DNA of 64,000 nt from Parvimonas sp. (lineage in GTDB: Bacteria > Bacillota > Clostridia > Tissierellales > Peptoniphilaceae). The translations under genes and the position numbers were made by a program. This document shows positions 39,302 to 51,778 of the stretch, piece after piece (the first letter of the stretch is position 1; the number at the start of each line of letters is the position of its first letter). The DNA lies in the NCBI RefSeq assembly GCF_022770425.1, contig NZ_JALEHY010000013.1; one strand, written 5' to 3'. The notes under the pieces are model-generated. The model searched no databases. It worked only from the letters and a program-made list of their open reading frames with translations, and had not been told where the DNA came from.

Positions 39302-39330
39302 AAGACATACTTTTTAGTGTGTCTTTTTGT
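39302..39330 (+). terminator. rho-independent terminator
   Basis: AAGACATAC/GTGTGTCTT stem followed by a T-run. Confidence 0.6.
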
Positions 39331-39359
39331 TGTTAGAATTATATTATTGGGGGAATGTT

Positions 39360-40118
39360 ATGATAACTATTAAAAGTAAAAAAGAAATTGATGGAATGAG
39401 AAAATCTGCAGAGATTTTATCTAAAATTCATATAAATTTAAGAGATATTATTGTTCCTGGAATAACTACTATGGAAATAAATAAATTTTGTCATGAATTT
39501 ATGTTAAAACATGGAGCTACTCCAAAACAAATAGGATATCATGGATATCCTTATGCTACTTGTACATCTGTAAATGACGTGATTTGTCATGGATTTCCTA
39601 AAAATCAAAAATTAAAAGAAGGAGATTTGATTACTGTTGATATGGTAGTTGATTTAAACGGTTATTTATCTGACAGTGCATGGAGTTATGCGGTTGGAGA
39701 AGTGTCACAAGAAGTTAAAAATTTAATGAATATTACAAAGGAAGCACTATATAGAGGTATCAATGCAGCTGTTGTCGGAAACAGAATTGTTGACATAGGA
39801 TATGCAATACAAAATTTTGTTGAACCTAAGGGATATTCAATAGTTAGGGATTTTTGTGGTCATGGAATCGGAAAAGAAATGCATGAAGATCCGCAAGTTC
39901 CACACTATATAACAAGTAACAGAGGAGTTAGACTCGAAGAAGGTATGGTTATAACAGTTGAACCTATGATAAATGTTGGTGATTGGAGATGTACCATTGA
40001 TGATGACGGATGGACTGCAAGGACGATAGATGGCTCTCTTTCATGTCAATATGAACATACTCTTGTTATAACCAAAAATGGCCCTGAAATTTTAACTGAA
40101 CAATCTTTGTATGAATAA
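39360..40118 (+). CDS. map: type I methionine aminopeptidase
   Basis: Metal ligands in context (VDMVVDLNGYLSD, GHGIG, ITVEPM, YEHT). Start at ATG 39360 (MITIKSKKEIDGMRKS). Confidence 0.9.
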   Translation: MITIKSKKEIDGMRKSAEILSKIHINLRDIIVPGITTMEINKFCHEFMLKHGATPKQIGYHGYPYATCTSVNDVICHGFPKNQKLKEGDLITVDMVVDLNGYLSDSAWSYAVGEVSQEVKNLMNITKEALYRGINAAVVGNRIVDIGYAIQNFVEPKGYSIVRDFCGHGIGKEMHEDPQVPHYITSNRGVRLEEGMVITVEPMINVGDWRCTIDDDGWTARTIDGSLSCQYEHTLVITKNGPEILTEQSLYE

Positions 40119-40126
40119 AAAATATG

Positions 40127-40219
40127 TTGCTTTTTTTAGAATATTAGAGTATAATAAAGTTATAAATACTATTATTTAGGGATAAATCTAAATATAGGGA
40201 CTTTTAAAAATGGTGGGAC
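40127..40219 (+). promoter_or_regulatory. cggR-gap promoter (TTGCTT-17-TATAAT) with CggR-operator-like GGGAY repeats
   Basis: -35 at 40127-40132, -10 at 40150-40155. GGGAT at 40179-40183, GGGAC at 40197-40201 and GGGAC at 40215-40219, 18 bp apart. Confidence 0.5.
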
Positions 40220-40223
40220 AAAA

Positions 40224-41240
40224 ATGAATGAAGTAGAATTTATTAGAAAATTTATTCCTGAATATACTGAAAAACTGATTTTAAGATTTAAAATATTAGA
40301 TTATATTTCGACAATGTCACCAATAGGAAGAAGAAATATTGCATCTTATTTTTCATTAAGTGAAAGAACGATAAGAAATGAAATGGAATTTTTATCTAAT
40401 ATGGGATTTATAGAAATTATAAAATCCGGAGCTATAATAACAGATTTTGGAAATGAGATGTTATATAATTTAAGGGATACTGTAAACAAATTTAGGTATA
40501 ATGAAGATATATCTGGAAAGTTGAAAGAAATTTTAAATATAAAAGAAGTAATTGTTTGTGATTCTTATGATGATGAGCAATTAGGAAAAAGACATATGTC
40601 TAAAATTGCAGCAGAATATTTTTTAAATAAATTATCTGATAATTTGGTAATTGGTATATCAGGCGGAACTACTGTAAAGTCATTTGTTGAAGTAATGAAT
40701 AGTAGAAAGAAGTTTAATAATTTATCAGTTATTCCTGCAAGAGGAAGTTTGGGCAACGGTTTAGAATATCAATCGAATATTGTTGCAAATGAATTATCAA
40801 AGAAGTTAAATGCTAATTTTTTCGGTACTTTTTTACCCGATTATTTAGATGAGTTAACATTTGATAAGTTGAAGTCATTAAATGAAGTGAGGTTACTAAC
40901 AGAATACTTAGAGAAAATTGACATTTTGGTATTTGGAGTGGGAAGAGCTGATAAAATGGCTAAGCGACGTTCTCTTTCTGAAAAGGAGATAGAAATATTA
41001 AACGAAAACGGAGCAGTAAGTGAGGCTTTTGGAAATTATTTTGACATTTACGGAAATATAGTTTTTAGTTCTAATACAATAGGACTTGATATTTATAAAT
41101 ACTTGAAAATAAAGGATGTTATCGCAGTTGCGGGTTATGGAGATAAGGAAAAAGCAATTATTTCCATTTGTAGAATAAGGAAAGATATGACTTTAATTAC
41201 AGATAGATTAACTGCTGAAAAAATATTGAAAATATTATAA
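40224..41240 (+). CDS. cggR: central glycolytic genes regulator (SorC/DeoR family)
   Basis: N-terminal wHTH plus a sugar-phosphate-binding domain. Lies immediately upstream of gap-pgk-tpiA-eno. Confidence 0.85.
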   Translation: MNEVEFIRKFIPEYTEKLILRFKILDYISTMSPIGRRNIASYFSLSERTIRNEMEFLSNMGFIEIIKSGAIITDFGNEMLYNLRDTVNKFRYNEDISGKLKEILNIKEVIVCDSYDDEQLGKRHMSKIAAEYFLNKLSDNLVIGISGGTTVKSFVEVMNSRKKFNNLSVIPARGSLGNGLEYQSNIVANELSKKLNANFFGTFLPDYLDELTFDKLKSLNEVRLLTEYLEKIDILVFGVGRADKMAKRRSLSEKEIEILNENGAVSEAFGNYFDIYGNIVFSSNTIGLDIYKYLKIKDVIAVAGYGDKEKAIISICRIRKDMTLITDRLTAEKILKIL

Positions 41241-41278
41241 GCAATAGCTTTTAAATAAAATTTTTAAGGAGGAAAAAG

Positions 41279-42280
41279 ATGAAAGTTGCTATTAATGGTT
41301 TTGGAAGAATAGGTAGATTGGCATTTAGATTAATGCATGATTTAGAAGGAGTGGATGTGGTTGCGATAAATGATTTGACTGATGCTAATATGTTAGCTCA
41401 TTTATTAAAGTATGATTCAACTCAAGGAAGATTTGAAAAAGAAGTTATAGTAAAAGAAGGTAGTTTCGTTATTGACGGAAAGGAAGTAAAAGTTTTTTCA
41501 GATGCTGATCCTAAAAATTTGCCTTGGAAAGAATTAGATATAGATGTTGTTTTGGAATGTACAGGATTTTTTGTTGCAAAAGAAAAAGCACAGTATCATA
41601 TTGATGCAGGTGCAAAAAGAGTAATAATTTCTGCTCCTGGAAAAGGGGATATGAAGACAGTTGTATTTGGTGTAAATCATGATATATTAGACGGTTCAGA
41701 ACAAATTTTGTCCGGAGCTTCTTGTACTACAAACTGTTTAGCACCTATGGCTAAAGTTTTACAAGATAAATTTGGAATTGTTCAAGGAATTATGACAACT
41801 ATACATGCTTATACTGGAGATCAAAATACTTTAGATGCTCCTCATAGAAAAGGAGATATGAGAAGAGCAAGATCCGCTGCAATAAATATAGTTCCTAATA
41901 CAACCGGAGCAGCTAAAGCTATTGGACTTGTTATTCCTGAATTAAAAGGTAAATTAGACGGGTCAGCACAAAGAGTTCCTGTTGCTACAGGGTCACTTAC
42001 TGAGTTGGTTTCTGTTTTAGAAAAAAATGTTACTGTTGAGGAAATTAATAATGCAATGAAGGAAGCAGCAAGTGAGTCATTTGGATATACTGAAGATCCT
42101 ATAGTTTCTACTGATGTTATTGGAATTAAGTATGGTTCATTATTTGATGCAACACAAACAAGAATTGTTGAAGTTGATGGAAAGCAATTGGTTAAAACCG
42201 TTGCTTGGTATGACAATGAAATGTCTTATACCGCTAATTTAATTCGTACATTCCAATATTTAGTAAATCTTTCAAAATAA
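41279..42280 (+). CDS. gap: glyceraldehyde-3-phosphate dehydrogenase
   Basis: [12 protein letters not shown] motif, active site SCTTNCLAP. Confidence 0.97.
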   Translation: MKVAINGFGRIGRLAFRLMHDLEGVDVVAINDLTDANMLAHLLKYDSTQGRFEKEVIVKEGSFVIDGKEVKVFSDADPKNLPWKELDIDVVLECTGFFVAKEKAQYHIDAGAKRVIISAPGKGDMKTVVFGVNHDILDGSEQILSGASCTTNCLAPMAKVLQDKFGIVQGIMTTIHAYTGDQNTLDAPHRKGDMRRARSAAINIVPNTTGAAKAIGLVIPELKGKLDGSAQRVPVATGSLTELVSVLEKNVTVEEINNAMKEAASESFGYTEDPIVSTDVIGIKYGSLFDATQTRIVEVDGKQLVKTVAWYDNEMSYTANLIRTFQYLVNLSK

Positions 42281-42345
42281 AAATAAAAACTAAAATAATT
42301 TTTATGAGGTGAAATTTTCACCTCATATTATATAAGGAGTAATTT

Positions 42346-43539
42346 ATGAAAAAAGTTATTACTGATTTGAACGTGAAGTCTAAAAGAGTTATAGTCAGAG
42401 TTGATTTTAATGTTCCTATGTCAAAAACAGAACAGGGTAAAATTACCGATAATGCAAGAATTGTTGCAGCAATTCCTACTATAAAATATTTAACTGAAAA
42501 TGGTGCAAAAGTTATATTACTATCTCATTTGGGAAGACCTAAAGGTGAGGCGAAAAAAGAATTTTCTCTTGAATCGGTTTCTGTTGAACTTGGAAATCTT
42601 TTATCAAAAGAAGTTAAATTTTTACAAAGTGATATTGTGGTAGATGAAAATGTGAAAAAAGAGGTCTTTAATCTAAAAGACGGTGAGATTGCATTGTTGG
42701 AAAATACAAGGTTCAGAGCGGAAGAAACAAAGAACGATGATGAATTTTCTAAAGAATTGGCATCACTTGGAGAAATTTACATTAATGATGCATTTGGAAC
42801 AAGTCATAGAGCACATTGTTCAAATGTTGGTCTTTGTAAGTTTTTGCCGTCAGCAGTTGGTTTTTTAGTAGAAAAGGAAATATCTATTATGGGAAAAGCA
42901 CTCTCTAATCCGGAAAGACCTTTTGTTGCTATATTGGGTGGAGCTAAAGTTTCAGATAAAATAACTGTTATTGAAAATTTAATTAATAAGGTAGATTCTA
43001 TAATAATCGGAGGAGGTATGGCGTTTACCTTTTTAAAATCGCAAGGAAAAAATGTAGGTAAGAGTATTTTGGAAGAAGATAAATTGGATTTGGCAAAAGA
43101 ATTATTAGAAAGTGCCAAAGAAAATAATGTAAAAATTTTATTACCTACTGATGTAGTTGTTTCTAAAGAATTTTCAAATGATGCTGAATATAAAACGGTT
43201 GATGTTTCTGAAATTGAAGATGATTATATGGGGCTTGATATCGGATTGAACTCGGTAAATTTATTTTCGAATGAAATCAAAAATGCAAAGACTGTTGTGT
43301 GGAATGGCCCAATGGGTGTTTTTGAGATGTCTAATTTTGCTAATGGAACATTCGAAATTGCAAAGGCAATAGCACATACTGATGCTGTTACTATAGTTGG
43401 TGGCGGAGATAGTGCAGCAGCTGTTGAAAAATCAGGTTATAAGGATAAAATTACTCATATATCAACAGGTGGAGGAGCTTCTTTAGAATTTTTAGAAGGA
43501 AAAATATTACCCGGAATTGATGCGGTTGATGAAAAATAG
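42346..43539 (+). CDS. pgk: phosphoglycerate kinase
   Basis: RVDFNVP, HLGRPKG and GGGDS motifs; 397 aa. Confidence 0.97.
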   Translation: MKKVITDLNVKSKRVIVRVDFNVPMSKTEQGKITDNARIVAAIPTIKYLTENGAKVILLSHLGRPKGEAKKEFSLESVSVELGNLLSKEVKFLQSDIVVDENVKKEVFNLKDGEIALLENTRFRAEETKNDDEFSKELASLGEIYINDAFGTSHRAHCSNVGLCKFLPSAVGFLVEKEISIMGKALSNPERPFVAILGGAKVSDKITVIENLINKVDSIIIGGGMAFTFLKSQGKNVGKSILEEDKLDLAKELLESAKENNVKILLPTDVVVSKEFSNDAEYKTVDVSEIEDDYMGLDIGLNSVNLFSNEIKNAKTVVWNGPMGVFEMSNFANGTFEIAKAIAHTDAVTIVGGGDSAAAVEKSGYKDKITHISTGGGASLEFLEGKILPGIDAVDEK

Positions 43540-43550
43540 TGGAGGATATT

Positions 43551-45598
<2,048 letters not shown>

Positions 45599-45724
45599 TT
45601 ATTTATAGCCTATAAGCTATATAAGTAGATTTTAGTGTAACATTTTATTATTAAGTTTTATTTAATTTACTGTATTAGTTTATAGGCTGAGTTTTTGTTT
45701 ATTTTTATACATATTGGAGGTAGT

Positions 45725-47329
45725 ATGTCAATCATAATTTCTGTATTAGGTGGACTGGGGTTGTTTCTTTATGGAATGAATTTAATGGGTTCCGGTTTGC
45801 AAAAATCTTGTGGAGAAAAATTAAAAGGCATAATTGCAGTTATAACAAAAAATAAAATATATGCAGTGTTAGTCGGAGTATTTGTGACTATGATTATACA
45901 GTCAAGTTCTGCAACCACAGTTATGGTTATAGGATTTGTAAATGCAGGTTTTATGACCTTAACTCAAGCAGTCGGAATAATAATCGGTGCAAATTTAGGA
46001 ACAACGATTACTGCTCAAATTATTGCTTTTGATATTTCAAAATATGCTCCTATTGTAATTGCTATAGGGGTATTCATGTGGCTTAGAGCTAAAAATGATA
46101 AGAAAAAAGATGTATCTGAAATATTAATTGGATTTGGGATTTTATTTTTGGGAATGTCTATTATGAGTTCCGGACTTTCTCCTTTGGCAAAAGAGGAGTG
46201 GTTTAAAAATATACTGATAAAACTTAATAATCCATTTGTTGGAGTTATAGCAGGGCTTGTTTTAACTACAATATTACAATCATCATCTGCGTCAATTGGT
46301 CTGTTAGAAGCTCTTGGAATGCAAGGACTTATTAATATTAATCAGGCTTTTGGAATTTTATTTGGTGATAATATCGGAACTACAACAACCGCATTAATTT
46401 CAAGTATAGGAGCAAACAAAAATGCAAAGAGAGCTGCATTTATACATTTTTTATTTAATTTCATAGGCACTATTATATTTATGCTAATGCTTAGAAAACC
46501 GGTACAAATTTTAGTAGAACATATTTCACCAGGAAATGTTCAAAGACAAATTGCTAATGCTCATACTTTATTTAATCTTATAAATGTTATAATTCAATTG
46601 CCGTTTTCAAATTTATTAGTTAAGATTGCCGAAAAATTTATTAAAGGCACTGATGAGTCTGAAAGTAACTATTCGGTAAATCTTGATAAGAGAATATTAG
46701 AAACACCAAGTATTGCTATATTACAAGCTCAAAAAGAAGTTGTAAGAATGGGAGAAATAGTTTTCGAATCATTGGAAAAAACGATAAAATGTTTTGAAAG
46801 TAGAGATACCAAACAAATAGAATTTGTACTTGAAAGAGAAAAGATGATAAATGGTTTAGAAAAGGAAATTTTAGACTATTTAGTATTATTATCTGACAAA
46901 AATTTATCAGACGAAGAAAAACATAAGGTATTTGTTATGATGTATTCTATAAATGATTACGAAAGAATAGGTGACCATTGTGAAAATATAATTGAATTGA
47001 TACAAGAAATTAAAGATGAAAATTCTGTATTCAGTAAAACAGCGTATGATGAGTATGAAGTTATGTCTAATAACATATTAGATATTGTATCAAGGACGAA
47101 TTTAGCTTATAAAAATTCTGATATTGAAATGGCAAAAAGTTGCATTAATATAGAAGAAGAAGTAGATAATTTAGAAGAAAGTTATAGAAAAAATCATATG
47201 GACAGAATTAACAGAGGGATTTGTGATACAAATTCAGGGGTTAAATTTTTGGATATTTTATCAAACTTCGAAAGAATTGCTGACCATAGTGTAAATATTG
47301 CGAATTACACTTCAGGAAAAGAATTGTAA
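45725..47329 (+). CDS. Na/Pi cotransporter-family protein with C-terminal PhoU-like repeats
   Basis: QSSSATT / QSSSASI repeat motifs in the membrane domain. Two PhoU-like ERIGDH / ERIADH motifs. GGAGG precedes ATG 45725. Confidence 0.85.
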   Translation: MSIIISVLGGLGLFLYGMNLMGSGLQKSCGEKLKGIIAVITKNKIYAVLVGVFVTMIIQSSSATTVMVIGFVNAGFMTLTQAVGIIIGANLGTTITAQIIAFDISKYAPIVIAIGVFMWLRAKNDKKKDVSEILIGFGILFLGMSIMSSGLSPLAKEEWFKNILIKLNNPFVGVIAGLVLTTILQSSSASIGLLEALGMQGLININQAFGILFGDNIGTTTTALISSIGANKNAKRAAFIHFLFNFIGTIIFMLMLRKPVQILVEHISPGNVQRQIANAHTLFNLINVIIQLPFSNLLVKIAEKFIKGTDESESNYSVNLDKRILETPSIAILQAQKEVVRMGEIVFESLEKTIKCFESRDTKQIEFVLEREKMINGLEKEILDYLVLLSDKNLSDEEKHKVFVMMYSINDYERIGDHCENIIELIQEIKDENSVFSKTAYDEYEVMSNNILDIVSRTNLAYKNSDIEMAKSCINIEEEVDNLEESYRKNHMDRINRGICDTNSGVKFLDILSNFERIADHSVNIANYTSGKEL

Positions 47330-47400
47330 AAGTTTGTCATTTTATTTAACAATTAACTAAATTTATAAAAAACTTTTATCAGGGAAATTTATAAAATCTC

Positions 47401-47429
47401 TTTACAATTGGGTAAACATAGGATATAAT
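47401..47429 (+). promoter_or_regulatory. near-consensus promoter TTTACA-17-TATAAT for the trxB-grd operon
   Basis: TTTACA at 47401-47406, TATAAT at 47424-47429. Confidence 0.55.
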
Positions 47430-47501
47430 AATAAACGGATGTTATGTTTGATTTCGTAAGTTGCTTCGTTTATTATTCTAAAAATTTACGGAGGTATGCT
47501 T

Positions 47502-48431
47502 ATGTATGATTGTGTGATTATCGGTGCGGGACCGGCCGGAATAAGTGCAGGTATATATGCTGCGAGATCAAGTATGAAAACACTTATAATTGAAAAAGGA
47601 ACACCCGGAGGACTTATTGCAAAGACAGATGAAATTGCAAATTATCCCGGAGCATCTGATATTCCAACAGGTCCGGATTTAATAAAAAGAATGGTAGAGC
47701 AGGCTAAATCATTTGGTGCTGAGTTTGTAACGGACACTGTAATTAAAGTTAGTTTAAAAGATAAAGTTAAATCTATTGTTTGTGAAAATAATGTTTATGA
47801 AACAAAAAGCATAATAATTGCAACCGGTTCAAATCCGAGATTATTAAATGTTCCTGGAGAAAAAGAGTTTACCGGAAAAGGAATTGCATATTGTGCAACA
47901 TGTGATGCTCCTTTTTTTGAAGGTCTTGATGTATTTGTTGTAGGATCGGGAGAAGCGGCAGTTGAGGAAGCAATGTATTTAACTAAGTTTGCAAGACAAG
48001 TTACGTTGCTGGTTAGGAAAGACAGGTTAACTGTTGCGAAATCAATAGAAGAAAAAGCTCTTAAATGTGAAAAATTAAAAATAATGTGGAATACTGAAGT
48101 AGAAAAATTTGAAGGAGCAGGAATACTAAACAGTATGACTGTTTTTAACAATAAAACCGGAGAAAAAACTACCATAGTGCCAAGAGAAGGAGATATGATT
48201 TTTGGAGTGTTTATATTTATAGGTTATGTACCGGAATCTCATTTATTTGAGGCTGAAATTGAAACTTCAAGAGGATATATTGTTTCTGATGATTGTATGA
48301 AAACTTCAGTTGAGGGCGTTTTTGTAGCAGGAGATGTTAGAGTTAAGGAATTGAGACAAGTTGTTACTGCTGTTAATGATGGTGCTATTGCTGCAGTTAA
48401 TGCAGGAAAGTATGTTGAAAGTCTTGATTAG
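47502..48431 (+). CDS. trxB: thioredoxin reductase
   Basis: GAGPAG FAD motif, redox CATC, GSGEAA NADPH motif. ATG 47502 lies 8 nt after GGAGG. Confidence 0.93.
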   Translation: MYDCVIIGAGPAGISAGIYAARSSMKTLIIEKGTPGGLIAKTDEIANYPGASDIPTGPDLIKRMVEQAKSFGAEFVTDTVIKVSLKDKVKSIVCENNVYETKSIIIATGSNPRLLNVPGEKEFTGKGIAYCATCDAPFFEGLDVFVVGSGEAAVEEAMYLTKFARQVTLLVRKDRLTVAKSIEEKALKCEKLKIMWNTEVEKFEGAGILNSMTVFNNKTGEKTTIVPREGDMIFGVFIFIGYVPESHLFEAEIETSRGYIVSDDCMKTSVEGVFVAGDVRVKELRQVVTAVNDGAIAAVNAGKYVESLD

Positions 48432-48484
48432 TGAATTTAATTCCGAAAGGATTAAATATATATAAATTTTAAGGAGGTGAGTAT

Positions 48485-49771
48485 ATGCGTCTAGAATTAG
48501 GAAAAATCTTAATTAATGATATTAAATTTTGTTCAGAAACAAAAGTAGAAAAAGGTGTTTTACACATTAATAAGGAAGAATTAATTTCTATGTTAATGGA
48601 AGATGAACACTTAAAATCAGTAGACGTAGATCTTGCAAAACCAGGTGAAAGTGTAAGAATTACTCCAATTAAGGATGTTGTAGAACCAAGAGTAAAGGTT
48701 AATGGAGCAGGTGGAGTATTCCCTGGAATGATTTCAAAAGTTGATGTAGTTGGTTCAGGAAGAACTCATGTTCTTAAGGGAGCTGCTGTAATGACAGTTG
48801 GTAAAATTGTTGGTTTCCAAGAAGGTATAGTTGACATGTGCGGACCAGGAGCAGATTATACTCCATTCTCAAAGACAAATAACATTGTTTTGATTGTGGA
48901 ACCTGCTGAAGGAGTTGCAACTCATGCTTATGAAAAGGCTGTTAGAATGGCTGGTTTGAAAGCTGCTACTTATTTGGGATTAGCTGGTAAAGAAGTTGAA
49001 CCGGATGAAGTAGAAGTATTCGAAACTAAACCATTATTCGAACAAGCTGAAGAATTAAAACATTTACCAAAAGTAGCTTATGTACAAATGTTACAATCTC
49101 AAGGATTATTACATGATACATATGTTTACGGTGTAGATGCAAAACAAATAGTTCCAACACTATTATATCCAACTGAATTAATGGATGGTGCTATCTTAAG
49201 TGGTAACTGTGTATCTTCTTGTGATAAGAATACAACTTACCATCACTTAAATAACCCTGTTGTTAGAGCAATGTATGAACAACACGGAAAAGAAATCAAC
49301 TTTGTTGGTGTGATTATCACTAACGAAAATGTATATTTGGCAGATAAAGAAAGATCATCAAACTGGACTGCTAAATTATGTGAATTTTTAAATCTTGACG
49401 GAGCTATCGTATCACAAGAAGGATTTGGTAACCCAGATACAGATTTAATAATGAACTGTAAAAAAATCGAAGGTAAAGGTGTTAAAACTGTAATCATCAC
49501 TGATGAATATGCAGGAAGAGACGGAGCAAGCCAATCATTAGCTGATGCTGATGCAGCTGCTAATGCAGTAGTAACAGGCGGAAACGCTAACGAAACTATT
49601 GTATTACCTAAGATGGATAAAGTTATCGGAACTTTAGATTATGTTGATATAATTGCAGGTGGATTTGACGGATCATTAAGAGAAGATGGATCTATCATGG
49701 TTGAATTACAAGCAATTACAGGTGCAACAAACGAATTAGGATTTAATAGATTATCTGCTACAGGATATTAA
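48485..49771 (+). CDS. grdE: glycine reductase complex protein B proprotein (alpha/beta subunits)
   Basis: N-terminus MRLELGKILINDIKF...; 428 aa. Cys at residue 242 (SGN-CVSS), where GrdE proproteins are reported to self-cleave to a pyruvoyl group (from memory). Followed by grdA and grdB. Confidence 0.9.
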   Translation: MRLELGKILINDIKFCSETKVEKGVLHINKEELISMLMEDEHLKSVDVDLAKPGESVRITPIKDVVEPRVKVNGAGGVFPGMISKVDVVGSGRTHVLKGAAVMTVGKIVGFQEGIVDMCGPGADYTPFSKTNNIVLIVEPAEGVATHAYEKAVRMAGLKAATYLGLAGKEVEPDEVEVFETKPLFEQAEELKHLPKVAYVQMLQSQGLLHDTYVYGVDAKQIVPTLLYPTELMDGAILSGNCVSSCDKNTTYHHLNNPVVRAMYEQHGKEINFVGVIITNENVYLADKERSSNWTAKLCEFLNLDGAIVSQEGFGNPDTDLIMNCKKIEGKGVKTVIITDEYAGRDGASQSLADADAAANAVVTGGNANETIVLPKMDKVIGTLDYVDIIAGGFDGSLREDGSIMVELQAITGATNELGFNRLSATGY

Positions 49772-49838
49772 AATTAAATCAAACATTATATGAAATAAGA
49801 AAATAAAAATTAAAAAATATAGAAAGGATGTGTAGTCA

Positions 49839-50297
49839 ATGGCACTTTTAACAGAAAGTACAAAAGTAATAATAATTGGCGATAGAGATGGTATTCCAGG
49901 ACCAGCTATTGAAGAATGTGTCGCTACAACTCCTGCAGAAATAGTATTCTCAGCAACTGAATGTTTTGTCTGAACTGCAGCAGGAGCAATGGACTTAGAA
50001 AATCAAAGAAGAATAAAAGAATTAGCAGAAAAATACGGAGCAGAAAATTGTTTAGTTCTTTTAGGAGCATCTGAACCAGAATCAGCAGCTTTAGCAGCTG
50101 AAACTGTAACAACAGGTGACCCAACTTATGCAGGTCCATTAGCAGGAGTTCAGTTAGGACTTAAAGTATATCACGCAGTAGAAGCAGAATTCAAAGCAGA
50201 AGTTGACGAATCAGTTTATGACGACCAAGTAGGTATGATGGAAATGGTTCTTGATTGTGATGCTATTACTGAAGCTGTTAGCGCGATTAGAGGTTAA
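49839..50297 (+). CDS. grdA: glycine reductase selenoprotein A, with UGA-encoded selenocysteine at 49971-49973
   Basis: ATG 49839 is in frame with track ORF 49989-50297. Translation [56 protein letters not shown] contains the GrdA redox motif CxxU. Confidence 0.93.
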
Positions 50298-50351
50298 TTA
50301 TAATTAATATTGAAATAATCATATAGAAATATATGAAGAGAGGTGATTAGT

Positions 50352-51659
50352 GTGGAAAAATTAAGAGTAGTTCACTATATAAACCAATTCTTTGCTGGTA
50401 TCGGTGGGGAAGAAAAAGCTGATCATAGACCAGAAGTAAGAGAAGAAAAAATCGGACCTGGTTTAGCATTAAATGCTGGTTTTAACGGTGAAGCTGAAAT
50501 AGTTGCTACAGTTATTTGTGGTGACGGTTATTTCGGTGAAAATATAGAACAAGCTAAAGCAGAAGTTTTAGAATTAGTAAAAAAATATAATCCGGATTTA
50601 TTCATTGCTGGTCCTGCATTTAACGCTGGTCGTTATGGGGTAGCAGCAGGAACAGTTACTGAAGCTGTTCAAAATGAATTAGGTATTCCTGCTTTAACTG
50701 GTATGTATATTGAAAATCCAGGTGCAGATATGTTCAAAAAGAGCGTATATGTAGTTTCAACTAAAAACAGTGCAGCAGGTATGAAAGATGCTGTTTCTAA
50801 AATGGTTCCACTTGCAATGAAAATTGTAAAGGGAGAAGAAATTGGTTCTCCTGCTGAAGAAGGTTATATTGAAAGAGGAATTAGAAAGAACATATTTAGA
50901 GAAGAATTCGGTGGTAAGAGAGCTGTAAATATGATGATCAAAAAGTTAAAGGGAGAAGAATTTGAAACAGAATTCCCAATGCCTAACTTTGACAGAGTAG
51001 ATCCAAATCCAGCAGTTAAAGATATTACAAAGGCTAAAATTGCTATTGTAACATCAGGTGGTATTGTTCCTCACGGAAATCCAGATCATATAGAATCATC
51101 ATCTGCATCTAAATATGGTAAATATGACATTGAAGGCGTAAATGATCTTGTTGACGGACAATGGGAAACAGCGCACGGTGGTTATGACCCTGTATACGCT
51201 AACCAAGACTCAGACAGAGTTATCCCTGTTGACGTTTTAAGAGAATTTGAAAAAGAAGGAAAAATCGGAAGTCTTCATAGATATTTCTATACTACTGTAG
51301 GTAATGGTACAGCAGTAGCTTCTTCTAAAGCATTTGCTGAAGAATTCAGCAAAGAATTAGTTGCTGATGGAGTAGATGCAGTTATCTTAACATCTACCTG
51401 AGGTACTTGTACACGTTGCGGTGCAACGATGGTAAAAGAAGTTGAGAGAGCCGGTATTCCGGTAGTACACGTATGTACAGTTACTCCAATTTCAATGACA
51501 GTAGGGGCTAATAGAATCGTTCCTGCTATAGCAATTCCTCATCCATTCGGTAATCCAAAATTAAGTATGGAAGAAGAATACCAATTAAGAAAAGGTATTG
51601 TTGAAAAAGCATTGAAAGCTTTAACAACTGAAGTAGAAACTCAAACAATATTTGAATAA
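50352..51659 (+). CDS. grdB: glycine reductase selenoprotein B, with UGA-encoded selenocysteine at 51399-51401
   Basis: Track ORFs 50343-51401 and 51429-51659 share a frame across TGA: ...AVILTST-U-GTCTRCGATMVKEVERAGIP (GrdB UxxCxxC motif). GTG 50352 lies 6 nt after GAGGTG. Confidence 0.93.
51414..51428 (+). other. candidate SECIS apical hairpin for grdB
   Basis: CGTTGC-GGT-GCAACG begins 13 nt after the UGA and has a G/U-containing loop. Confidence 0.5.
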
Positions 51660-51671
51660 TTTTCAAATAAA

Positions 51672-51699
51672 AAAAGGTGTCAAGTATTGACACCTTTTT
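51672..51699 (+). terminator. intra-operon terminator/attenuator between grdB and grdC
   Basis: 12-bp stem AAAAGGTGTCAA/TTGACACCTTTT with loop GTA. Confidence 0.7.
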
Positions 51700-51778
51700 A
51701 ATTTAATGGTATCCTTATATACGAGGGTAGTTGGCTTTAAAAGCTATCTGTTTTTTAAATTAAAGGAGGTAATTAAGA

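Noticed and set aside
45607-45688. Long-range inverted repeat AGCCTATAA ... TTATAGGCT after eno, as an unusual terminator or small RNA
   Set aside because: A 9-bp stem with a loop of about 64 nt in very AT-rich DNA is weak evidence. I cannot evaluate its folding without computation.
47430-47474. Inverted repeat AATAAACG-N29-CGTTTATT downstream of the trxB-grd promoter as an RNA leader structure or riboswitch
   Set aside because: The 5' arm starts immediately after the -10 box and so would be largely untranscribed. No glycine-riboswitch-like conserved core was recognised. It could still be a DNA operator, but I have no support for that.
49924-50139. Minus-strand 71-aa ORF and the truncated + ORF start at 49989 within grdA
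   Set aside because: Both are artefacts of treating the Sec-UGA at 49971 as a stop. The full grdA frame from 49839 explains the region.
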